A DNA stretch of 32,000 nucleotides from Erysipelotrichaceae bacterium MTC7 (GCA_001695645.1 LVZN01000001.1:150001-182000); one strand, 5' to 3'; numbered from the stretch's first letter, positions 9,122 to 17,004 are shown. The notes: a model not told the origin generated them from the letters alone. Program-made: numbers and translations.

Positions 9122-9793
9122 TTATGCAGTTTTTGCGCGAATGTATCGCAACAATTTTGGTTTTCTTGATCTTGAGATTGGCAAACGCACATGATTATGC
9201 AATTCTACCTCATCTCCTTCAATTCGAAAGATATATTCATAGTTGACTAAAATTCCGCTATTTACACGTACAAAGTCATATGGTTCAAATTCTTCGCTTT
9301 TCTTGTTCATACTACCACGTTCATAGAACTCACCACGTTTTGTGTAGTACACCAAGTTCTTTTCTTCTTTTAAAATATAGTAAATATCATGATATTTTAG
9401 TTTCAACGTAATACCATTATAAGAGAATAAATATTCGTTATGTTTACGCAAACGAATGTTAATCATATCTTTGATGCGAAACAGTTCATTTTCAAAGTCA
9501 CCACGCTTGATGCGAAAGATTCGACCATAGTTTACGCTTTCACTTTCATAACCATCTTGGCATAGATAAATATATACACTGTTGCTTTTGTCAAAGTTCA
9601 ATGCACTTGTAATACGCACATTATTATAAGCCTCGTTTAAAATAACAACATCATATTGTCCAGTATCTTCTTTCACTAAATCAATAATCTTTTCAAAGTA
9701 ACTGAAAGTAAATTCATCACTTAAAATCTTGGGTAATAAAAAGATAATATCCTTAGCAATCTTCTCTTGTTCGACTATCGCTACTTTTAACAT
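9122..9793 (-). CDS. LytTR-domain DNA-binding protein with degenerate receiver-like N-terminal domain
   Basis: C-terminal LytTR-like region (YYILKEEKNLVYYTKRGEFY...FVRVNSGILVNYEYI). The N-terminal receiver-like fold lacks an acidic pocket (VAIVEQEK, DVVILNE). I prefer the start MLKV at 9793 (AGGAGA about 9 nt upstream). Confidence 0.7.
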   Translation of the reverse strand: MLKVAIVEQEKIAKDIIFLLPKILSDEFTFSYFEKIIDLVKEDTGQYDVVILNEAYNNVRITSALNFDKSNSVYIYLCQDGYESESVNYGRIFRIKRGDFENELFRIKDMINIRLRKHNEYLFSYNGITLKLKYHDIYYILKEEKNLVYYTKRGEFYERGSMNKKSEEFEPYDFVRVNSGILVNYEYIFRIEGDEVELHNHVRLPISRSRKPKLLRYIRAKTA

Positions 9794-9853
9794 ACACATG
9801 GTCTCCTAACGATATTATACACTATTCTCAAATATTTTCATAAGAGATAATCA

Positions 9854-9882
9854 TTGACAAAAACGGAAATGAGATTTATGAT
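9854..9882 (+). promoter_or_regulatory. Candidate sigma-A promoter of copA-csoR
   Basis: TTGACA (9854-9859), a 17-nt spacer, then TATGAT (9877-9882). Confidence 0.55.
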
Positions 9883-9888
9883 TGTGAC

Positions 9889-9905
9889 ACACCCCTAGGG
9901 GGTAT
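9889..9905 (+). promoter_or_regulatory. CsoR-type operator (GC-rich pseudo-palindrome)
   Basis: ACACCCCTAGGGGGTAT with a perfect CCCCTAGGGG core (9892-9901), immediately downstream of the -10. It resembles the TACCC...GGGGTA CsoR boxes known from Bacillus copZA. csoR is encoded in the same operon. Confidence 0.6.
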
Positions 9906-9923
9906 TAGAATTGAGGTGTTACA

Positions 9924-12449
9924 ATGAAACAAAAAATCGACGTAACCGGAATGACATGTAGTTCTTGTGCTGCACATGTTGAAAAAGCGGTGAAAAAACT
10001 GCCAGGCACAAAAGAAGCAAATGTTAACTTGATGCAAAACAAGCTTGTCATTGACTATGACCCAGAAAAGACAAGCCAAAGTGATATCAACAAAGCAATC
10101 GAAGATGCTGGTTATGGCATAAAGCAAGATGTACAAAGTAAAGAGGGCGACAACCAATTTGCCAAAGAAGCAAAACAAGCCAAACAAAAACTTTGGATAT
10201 CTGTCGTCTTGTTAGTCATCCTAATGTACATTTCTATGGGTAGTATGATTGGTTTACCACTTCCATCCTTTCTTGATGGTTTGCACAATGCAATAACCTT
10301 TGCAATGGTGCAGTTCTTGCTTACCTTAATCATATTGAGTATGCACGCACATTACTTCACCAATGGATTTAAAGCATTATTCCACCGTGCACCAACGATG
10401 GATTCACTAATTGCCCTTGGTAGTAGTGCCGCATTACTTTATGGTATATATGCCATCATCATGATGGGACAAGGTCTTGCTAACCAAGACATGCATATGG
10501 TACACAACTATCACATGGATTTGTATTTTGAGAGTGCAGCAATGATCGTTACACTAATTTCTGTAGGTAAATACTTAGAAACACGTTCCAAAGGAAGAAC
10601 GAATGACGCCATTCAAAAACTTATGGATTTAACACCAAAGACCGCATTTGTCTTAAAAGATGGTCAAGTGGTCGAAGTTGCCATTGAAGATGTACAAAAA
10701 GATGATCTTCTCATCGTAAAAACTGGAGCAAGCATTCCCGTTGATGGTTTGATCGTTGAAGGAAACGGAACCTTTGATGAAGCCTTAATCACCGGAGAAA
10801 GTATTCCCGTTGAAAAACACGAACAAGATAAAGTCATCGGTGGAACTATCCTGGTTTCTGGATACATTCAAATGCAAGCAACGAAGATTGGTGAAGACAC
10901 GACCATTGCGAAGATCATTCAATTGGTTGAAGATGCAAACTCTTCAAAAGCACCAATAGCAAAACTTGCAGATCAAGTAAGTGCCGTATTTGTTCCCATT
11001 GTAATCGTGATTGCAACCGTAGCGACATTCACTTGGTTACTACTTGGATATGATCTTAGTTTCTCTTTATCCATTGGAATTGCTGTACTTATCATCAGTT
11101 GTCCTTGTGCTTTAGGATTGGCAACCCCAACAGCCATTATGGTTGCAACTGGTAAGGGTGCCCAGCTTGGTATCTTATTTAAAAATGCAGAAAGTTTAGA
11201 ACAAGTTGGTAAAATGGATACCATTGTACTAGACAAAACCGGAACCTTAACCAAAGGAAAACCAGAAGTTACCGATGTGATTAGCGACAATGAAACACAA
11301 CTATTGACCATCGCCTATGCTATGGAGCATAAAAGTGAACATCCCTTAGCTAAGGCGATTGTGAACTATGCAAGCGACAAGGAAAAAGCTGATTTCACCA
11401 TGGATACGTTTGAACAAGTTGCTGGTCAAGGAATTCAAGCAAGCAAAGATCAAACCATCTATTTTGCAGGAAATGCGAAAATGATGGAAATCAACAACAT
11501 TGATATTCATTCTTATGCACAAAGTGCAACCCAGTTTGCTAGCGAAGGAAAAACGGTACTCTATTTTGCACAAGATGTAAAAGCAATGGGTATGATTGCA
11601 CTTGCAGATGTGTTAAAAGATAGTAGCATCGATGCGATTGATGCACTTAAACAGCTCGGTAAAGAAGTTGTCTTGTTAACTGGTGACAATAAGCAAACCG
11701 CTGCAGCCATTTCACATAAAGCGCATATTGATACCGTAATCGCTGAAGTGTTACCTGAAGATAAAGAACGTTATGTGAAAGAATTACAAGCACAAGGAAA
11801 ACAGGTTGCTATGGTTGGTGATGGAATTAACGATGCTCCAGCACTTGCAAGAGCCAACGTAGGAATTGCCATTGGTGCAGGAACCGAGATCGCCATGGAG
11901 AGTGCGGATGTCGTGCTTATGCATAGTGATTTGATGGATGTTGCCACAAGTATTCAATTAAGCAAAGCAACCATTCGCAATATTAAACAAAACTTATTTT
12001 GGGCATTCTTCTACAATGCAATTGGAATTCCCTTAGCCGCTGGACTATTCTATCCGGCATTCCAAGTGAAACTAAACCCAATGTTTGGTTCAGCAGCCAT
12101 GAGTTTATCAAGTTTATTCGTTGTTAGTAACGCTTTACGCTTACGTTTCTTTAAGCCAACCTATACAAGTATAAAAAAAGCGCCACAAACAACGGAAACA
12201 AAAGTTATCAATGAAACAGAAAAGAAAGGAGGATTACCTATGAACAAAGTAATCCATATTAACGGTATGATGTGTGCCAACTGTGAAAAACACGTCAACA
12301 ATGCACTAAACGCAATTGATGGAGTAGAAGCTAAAGTTGATTTAGCAAACAACCTTGCCAATGTAACATTAGCTCAAGATGTTGATGATTCAACCCTAAC
12401 AAAAGCAGTTACGGATGCAGGTTATGAAGTTACTTCCATTGAAGGTTAA
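9924..12449 (+). CDS. copA: Copper-translocating P1B-type ATPase with N-terminal and C-terminal HMA domains
   Basis: GMTCSSC N-terminal HMA, TGES, SCPCALG (CPC), DKTGT, GDGINDAP. A second HMA (GMMCANC) occupies the last 69 aa. Confidence 0.93.
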   Translation: MKQKIDVTGMTCSSCAAHVEKAVKKLPGTKEANVNLMQNKLVIDYDPEKTSQSDINKAIEDAGYGIKQDVQSKEGDNQFAKEAKQAKQKLWISVVLLVILMYISMGSMIGLPLPSFLDGLHNAITFAMVQFLLTLIILSMHAHYFTNGFKALFHRAPTMDSLIALGSSAALLYGIYAIIMMGQGLANQDMHMVHNYHMDLYFESAAMIVTLISVGKYLETRSKGRTNDAIQKLMDLTPKTAFVLKDGQVVEVAIEDVQKDDLLIVKTGASIPVDGLIVEGNGTFDEALITGESIPVEKHEQDKVIGGTILVSGYIQMQATKIGEDTTIAKIIQLVEDANSSKAPIAKLADQVSAVFVPIVIVIATVATFTWLLLGYDLSFSLSIGIAVLIISCPCALGLATPTAIMVATGKGAQLGILFKNAESLEQVGKMDTIVLDKTGTLTKGKPEVTDVISDNETQLLTIAYAMEHKSEHPLAKAIVNYASDKEKADFTMDTFEQVAGQGIQASKDQTIYFAGNAKMMEINNIDIHSYAQSATQFASEGKTVLYFAQDVKAMGMIALADVLKDSSIDAIDALKQLGKEVVLLTGDNKQTAAAISHKAHIDTVIAEVLPEDKERYVKELQAQGKQVAMVGDGINDAPALARANVGIAIGAGTEIAMESADVVLMHSDLMDVATSIQLSKATIRNIKQNLFWAFFYNAIGIPLAAGLFYPAFQVKLNPMFGSAAMSLSSLFVVSNALRLRFFKPTYTSIKKAPQTTETKVINETEKKGGLPMNKVIHINGMMCANCEKHVNNALNAIDGVEAKVDLANNLANVTLAQDVDDSTLTKAVTDAGYEVTSIEG

Positions 12450-12451
12450 TC

Positions 12452-12724
12452 ATGCACGCTGATCACAAGAAAGTCGAGCGGTATTTAAAAACCGCTCGTG
12501 GTCAGATTGATGGCATCCTTAAAATGATTGAAGAAGATAAGTATTGTATTGATATTGTTAACCAAGTGTTGGCAAGCGAAGCACTCTTGTCCAAAGCTGC
12601 CAAACAAATCTTACTGGGTCATATTCAAGGATGTATCGTCGAGAGTTTTGAATCCGATGATGAAGTGTATCAGACAGAGAAAATGGAAGAACTAGCTAAA
12701 GTACTTGACCGCATTGCAAAATAA
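12452..12724 (+). CDS. csoR: CsoR-family copper-sensing transcriptional repressor
   Basis: 90 aa. C32-H57-C61 ligand pattern with the spacing (25, 4) of the CsoR C-H-C signature. Starts 2 nt after the copA stop. Confidence 0.88.
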   Translation: MHADHKKVERYLKTARGQIDGILKMIEEDKYCIDIVNQVLASEALLSKAAKQILLGHIQGCIVESFESDDEVYQTEKMEELAKVLDRIAK

Positions 12725-12760
12725 AACCAGAGTGGAAATCCATCCAACTCTGGTTTTTTT
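12725..12760. terminator. Bidirectional rho-independent terminator between csoR and rubrerythrin
   Basis: AAAACCAGAGTGGA-aatcca-TCCAACTCTGGTTTTTTT. Confidence 0.75.
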
Positions 12761-12765
12761 ACGAT

Positions 12766-13332
12766 TTATTTGTGGTTTGAAAATCTTGTGTTTGTAAATT
12801 TCTTTTCTTCCACTGCAAATTCAGCTTGACCAAATCCACATACTGGACATACTTGAGGTGCTTCTACACCTTCTGCATGGTATCCACAGATTCCACATAC
12901 CCAAACTGTTGATTCGTCTTTTTTGAACACTTTTCCTTCTTCTACATTTTTAAGAAGATCTAAGTAACGTTCTTCGTGACCTTTTTCAATTTTAGCAACT
13001 TGTTCCATTTGGAATGCAATTTTCTTGAATCCTTCTTCATGTGCATCTTTTGCCATACGGTCATACATATCAGTCCATTCGTAGTTTTCACCTTCAGCAG
13101 CTGCTTTTAAGTTATCAGCAGTTGTATGAATTTCTCCACCTTGAAGTGCTTTGAACCATAACTTCGCGTGTTCTTGTTCATTACGTGCTGTTTCTAAGAA
13201 AATTTCAGCGATTTGTTCCATACCTTCTTCGCTAGCTTTTTGTGCAAAGTACGTATACTTGTTTCTTGCCATTGACTCTCCAGCAAATGCCTCTAATAAA
13301 TTCTTTTCTGTTTTTGATCCTTTTAAATCCAT
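12766..13332 (-). CDS. rbr: Rubrerythrin
   Basis: Ferritin-like di-iron N-terminal domain ([26 protein letters not shown]). C-terminal rubredoxin-type CGICGY...CPVCG. SD ATAGGAGG. Confidence 0.92.
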   Translation of the reverse strand: MDLKGSKTEKNLLEAFAGESMARNKYTYFAQKASEEGMEQIAEIFLETARNEQEHAKLWFKALQGGEIHTTADNLKAAAEGENYEWTDMYDRMAKDAHEEGFKKIAFQMEQVAKIEKGHEERYLDLLKNVEEGKVFKKDESTVWVCGICGYHAEGVEAPQVCPVCGFGQAEFAVEEKKFTNTRFSNHK

Positions 13333-13346
13333 GTCTGTCTAACCTC

Positions 13347-13733
13347 CTATTTATCTAAACAATCCTTGCAGACTCCTTTAACAACAACCTCATGTGAGTG
13401 GATATTTCCAACCACTTGGTCGTGTGTAAATTGATTTTGGTATTCTGGGTCGAACGGTGCTTCCAAATCATACAAGTTATGACACTTCTCACAGAAGAAA
13501 TGATAATGTGGCTCACTTGTTTTATCGTATACAAAGCGGTCACCATCAATTGGAATTTTCCGTACTTGTTGGATGTCACTTAGAATTCCTAAGTTTCGAT
13601 AAATCGTTGCCAGCGATATTTTTAAACCAGCTTGATTCATCCCTTCATAGATTTGTTCTGCACTTGCATGCCCTGGCATACTTTGCATAAATTCCATAAT
13701 CATATCTCTTTGTTTTGAGTGTTTATATGTCAT
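13347..13733 (-). CDS. perR: Fur-family peroxide-responsive repressor (PerR-like)
   Basis: Winged-helix N-terminal domain, HYHFFCEKC and CKDC zinc motifs. Start MTYKHSKQR at 13733 (GGAAGGAGGAG SD). The longer ORF-track start would overlap the -10 box. Operon partner is rubrerythrin. Confidence 0.85.
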   Translation of the reverse strand: MTYKHSKQRDMIMEFMQSMPGHASAEQIYEGMNQAGLKISLATIYRNLGILSDIQQVRKIPIDGDRFVYDKTSEPHYHFFCEKCHNLYDLEAPFDPEYQNQFTHDQVVGNIHSHEVVVKGVCKDCLDK

Positions 13734-13761
13734 AAAGCTCCTCCTTCCTGAATACTCACCC

Positions 13762-13790
13762 ATTATAACACTTACTTTTTCATTTGTGAA
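13762..13790 (-). promoter_or_regulatory. Candidate sigma-A promoter of perR-rbr
   Basis: Minus strand has TTCACA (13790-13785), a 17-nt spacer, then TATAAT (13767-13762) preceded by TGT (extended -10 like). Confidence 0.55.
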
Positions 13791-13795
13791 TAGTT

Positions 13796-13812
13796 TTAAG
13801 AATGATTCTTAA
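13796..13812. promoter_or_regulatory. Fur/PerR-type box, perfect 8-1-8 palindrome
   Basis: TTAAGAATGATTCTTAA. It contains a 7-1-7 core TAAGAAT-n-ATTCTTA analogous to the PerR box TTATAAT-n-ATTATAA, and lies 5 nt upstream of the -35. Confidence 0.55.
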
Positions 13813-13988
13813 TTTTATTTTACTTTTTTGAAAAACACCTCATCCCTTACGATCAAAATCTAGATAAAAGCAAGATATAAAGTGATTTAAGATTTGTCTT
13901 ACAAATACAATCATTCTTAGTTGAAGTATAGCATATTTTCATTTACTTTCACGTGAAGCAAACGTTTTATTCCATTGTGCATCATGTA

Positions 13989-14021
13989 CCAAAAGAAAAG
14001 ACTTTTCAAATTGAAAGTCTA
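13989..14021 (-). terminator. Rho-independent terminator of the LRR surface protein gene
   Basis: Minus strand has AGACTTT-caatttga-AAAGTCT followed by TTTCTTTTGG. The stem overlaps the TAG stop. Confidence 0.55.
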
Positions 14022-15674
14022 GTCTGTAACTCTTGTCTTTTTGCGTCCTAGTAATATAGCAATGACAATACTTGTCATTCCTAACAAGACAACATAGGTT
14101 TGGGTTTCATTTGTTTCAAACCCAGTAATTGGTTGCTCTATTGGTGTACTGACTACATGCGGTGCACTTGGTTTGGGTGAACTATCAACAGCTGGTAATG
14201 TTTGCTCAATACGTTCCCACTGTGCTGTATAGATGACATCCTGCAGAACTGTTTGTTGCAGCGCTGGTGACCAGCCAACAAAGCTATAGCCTTCTCTTAC
14301 AGGCGTACCGACAAACATCGGCGTTTCCATGCCTGCTTCTAGGGCATAGCTTTGATCAGGAAATATCTCTTCATCGACTACACCATCACTGTAAGTCACC
14401 TGATGTATGGTTGGTAAAACCTTATATACGTAAGTGACTTCACATGCTGCATCAGTAAACTGACCTGATGGTGTACCCATAATTTTGTGTAGCATATATC
14501 CATCAAATGACTTCTCTTCTGCCACATAGGAAGTAGCAAGTTCACCTTTCATTTCCACAGGCGGATGCAATTCTTCGCGATTTTCAGTTTCATAGCGGAC
14601 GGTTACCTTTCCCTGTTTTGGAATTACACGATATTTGTGATAGTAAATGGAATTTTGAAAGGCTCCACCTTTCACATGGATGATGAGAACATAGTCTCCT
14701 TGACTGTTCACTGCCTCTTGATTAAACCAAAGTTTTCCATTTTTTGCAGGATCACTTACTTCTAACTTTGTTGCATTGGCAAGCATCGTTTCTTCACTTT
14801 CGCCTTCTGTATATACTGCTTTGTATAAATCCACAAGATGTTCACCTTTTTCATGTAAGGATGCAAATGTATCAAAAATAGCAAGACCGCGAACTTCTTG
14901 ACTTTCATTTTGGATAACTTCTTGTATTTCCGTAGACTGGTTACTTTGTAGTTGCAATCCCTTACTGTTGATTTGACGAATAAAAGCATGTTCTTCTAAA
15001 TTCACATCAACTAAGTGATTGGCTCCAAAAACTAGCGTTCTTAGTTTCGTTAATGAAAGTAAGCCTTTTGGTAAGTTTGTTAGTTTTGCGTTATATGCAT
15101 AAAGTTCTTCCAAGTTTATCAGCTTACCAAAATCGCCAGGTAATGCTTGTACTGGACTTCCCGTAACATTCAAGCGTACCAAGTTTTTTAGGTCAGTCAT
15201 ACTTTCAGGCAAACTTGAAATACCGGTATCATTAATTTCAAAGCGCTTTAGTTGTTGCAAATACTTGATTTCTTCAGGAATACCTCCCTGCATTTGTTTG
15301 TTATGGTTCAATTCCAATCGCTCCAAATATGGCAATTGTAGTACTTCCTTGGGAAATGCTTGAAGATGATTCTCATTGACGGTAAGGGTTTTAATATTTG
15401 TAAAATGTTCAATACCCTGCAATGTTGTAATCTGTTTCTTTCCTAACTTTACGACATGCAAACCAATGAGATCCGCTTCTACTAAAACATCGTCCATCTC
15501 TTTTACCAGAATGCGAGCAATTTCTTGTGCAAGTCGTTCATCAGCAAACACCTCGCGAATAGTTTTTCCAACCGCTTGGTTTTCTAACTGATCTGCATGT
15601 ACCTTGATTGGTGGTGTACATGTTGCAATCAAAACAAACACAAGAAAAAACACACTAAATATTTTTCTTTTCAT
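14019..15674 (-). CDS. Secreted, cell-surface anchored leucine-rich-repeat (internalin-like) protein
   Basis: Signal peptide MKRKIFSVFFLVFVLIATCTPPIKVHA. About 22-aa LRRs (LxxLxLxxNxLxxLP). A C-terminal Listeria-Bacteroides-type repeat (REGYSFVGWSP...YTAQWE). Then xPITG, a hydrophobic stretch and an RKKTR tail. Confidence 0.8.
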   Translation of the reverse strand: MKRKIFSVFFLVFVLIATCTPPIKVHADQLENQAVGKTIREVFADERLAQEIARILVKEMDDVLVEADLIGLHVVKLGKKQITTLQGIEHFTNIKTLTVNENHLQAFPKEVLQLPYLERLELNHNKQMQGGIPEEIKYLQQLKRFEINDTGISSLPESMTDLKNLVRLNVTGSPVQALPGDFGKLINLEELYAYNAKLTNLPKGLLSLTKLRTLVFGANHLVDVNLEEHAFIRQINSKGLQLQSNQSTEIQEVIQNESQEVRGLAIFDTFASLHEKGEHLVDLYKAVYTEGESEETMLANATKLEVSDPAKNGKLWFNQEAVNSQGDYVLIIHVKGGAFQNSIYYHKYRVIPKQGKVTVRYETENREELHPPVEMKGELATSYVAEEKSFDGYMLHKIMGTPSGQFTDAACEVTYVYKVLPTIHQVTYSDGVVDEEIFPDQSYALEAGMETPMFVGTPVREGYSFVGWSPALQQTVLQDVIYTAQWERIEQTLPAVDSSPKPSAPHVVSTPIEQPITGFETNETQTYVVLLGMTSIVIAILLGRKKTRVTD

Positions 15675-15825
15675 TTCTATGTACGCATTGCATACCCTGT
15701 TGCAATGCTCCTCCTTTACTTGTCACACACGTTTATAAAAATGTGTACCAATCAATGTAACAGGAGAAAAACATAAATCGAAATGTTTGTCATAGACAGC
15801 TCTTTTTTTGTCACAGACGTAACGT

Positions 15826-15867
15826 AAAAAAAACACTAGGTAACTCGCATCTTTGCAAGCTACCTAG
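15826..15867 (-). terminator. Rho-independent terminator after grcA-like gene
   Basis: Minus strand has CTAGGTAGCTTGC-aaagat-GCGAGTTACCTAG (with G-U pairs) followed by TGTTTTTTTT. Confidence 0.75.
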
Positions 15868-15871
15868 CATT

Positions 15872-16108
15872 TTACATTCCTTCATGCATCGTTCGATTGA
15901 TGACGTCATCTTGTTGTTCTTTGCTTAACTTATTAAAGTTAACTGCATAACCAGAAACACGGATGGTCAATTGAGGATAACGTTCAGGGTGTTTTTGTGC
16001 ATCAAGTAATGTTTCACGCGTAAACACGTTCACATTCAAATGGTGTCCTCCACTTTCTGTGTAACCATCAATCATCGTAACAAGATTATCCACACGATCA
16101 TTTTTCAT
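15872..16108 (-). CDS. grcA: Stand-alone glycyl-radical domain protein (GrcA/YfiD-like PFL spare part), 78 aa
   Basis: [54 protein letters not shown] is nearly collinear with the C-terminal radical domain of pyruvate formate-lyase. It has its own SD AAGGAGG and ATG. Confidence 0.85.
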   Translation of the reverse strand: MKNDRVDNLVTMIDGYTESGGHHLNVNVFTRETLLDAQKHPERYPQLTIRVSGYAVNFNKLSKEQQDDVINRTMHEGM

Positions 16109-16139
16109 AGATTACCTCCTTCATAAACACAAATATTAC

Positions 16140-16994
16140 TTACAATTCTTTAAAATATTGAATCGCTATCGAACCAATTCCCGTGTGCACACCTACCACA
16201 CTGACAAGTTTAATCAGTTGATAACTTGCATTTGGAAACTGACCTTTACACATTTCCATAAACTTTTGTCCAAGCTCTTCTGCTTTTACATGTGTTACGG
16301 TAATGTTGTAATTATCACCTAACCCTGGTATTTCTTTTTTCATAATGGCCAAGGTTTCATCAAGTGCTTTACTCATTGTTCGCACTTTTTCTTTAACGTC
16401 GACTTTTCCACTTGTTCTTTTATTGATTTCAAGGATTGGCTTAATCTTTAAAAATCCACCAAGTGTTGCAGCTAATGGTGTTAAACGTCCACCACGACGC
16501 ATATGTTGTAAATCATCAGGAATAATGAGCGTATCTGTCGTATCACAAATATCACTAAGAATTTGCATAATTTCATCAATTGATTTTCCTTGTTCGTAAA
16601 GTTCTTTTGCTCTTACGACCATATATCCTTCAACGACAGCAGTTACATGGTTATCAAATCCATAAAAGATCAGTCCAACTTGTTTGGCTACCATTTCCAT
16701 GGCATCCATCGTTCCACTTAACCCTTTACAAATTGGGACACAAAAGACTGCTTCATATCCATCTGCTTTTAGTTTTGTAAAAAGCTCTTCAATCATACCA
16801 ACTGGTGCAAGTGATGTTTTTAACACTTTGTGTTGTTCCATCAACTCGTTCACTTGATCGACATTGATATCTTCATTTTCTAAATATGCGTGATTTCCTT
16901 CTGAAATCTGTAAAGGGACACTGTATACACCACGTGTAGCAGCTTCTTTTACGGTCCATCCAGTTCCACTATCTGTTACAAATGCAATTTTCAT
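16140..16994 (-). CDS. DegV-family (FakB-like) fatty-acid-binding protein, paralog 3
   Basis: MKIAFVTDSG..., LKTSLAP, RGGRLTPLAA..LKIKPIL, HTGIGSIAIQY motifs of the DegV/EDD fold. Confidence 0.88.
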   Translation of the reverse strand: MKIAFVTDSGTGWTVKEAATRGVYSVPLQISEGNHAYLENEDINVDQVNELMEQHKVLKTSLAPVGMIEELFTKLKADGYEAVFCVPICKGLSGTMDAMEMVAKQVGLIFYGFDNHVTAVVEGYMVVRAKELYEQGKSIDEIMQILSDICDTTDTLIIPDDLQHMRRGGRLTPLAATLGGFLKIKPILEINKRTSGKVDVKEKVRTMSKALDETLAIMKKEIPGLGDNYNITVTHVKAEELGQKFMEMCKGQFPNASYQLIKLVSVVGVHTGIGSIAIQYFKEL

Positions 16995-17004
16995 TCATCA
17001 TCAC

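Noticed and set aside
9876-12361. Minus-strand ORFs overlapping copA (9876..10187, 10112..10333, 10664..10867, 10973..11311, 11346..11573, 12161..12361)
   Set aside because: They are antisense shadows of a P-type ATPase that carries all canonical motifs. None has an SD or a recognisable motif.
13948-13957. 10-bp perfect palindrome TTCACGTGAA in the LRR/perR intergenic region
   Set aside because: It is short and isolated. It is not positioned relative to any convincing promoter and matches no regulator consensus I know. It is likely a chance occurrence.
15590-15674. Lipoprotein signal (LIATC) in the LRR protein
   Set aside because: Thr at the -1 position does not fit the lipobox L-[AS]-[GA]-C. 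A signal-peptidase-I site, VHA/DQ, follows shortly after.
15872-16108. The GrcA-like gene as a pseudogene remnant of a broken pflB
   Set aside because: No PFL-derived sequence lies upstream (a DegV gene does). The ORF has its own SD and ATG and a clean terminator, and it begins where autonomous radical-domain proteins begin.
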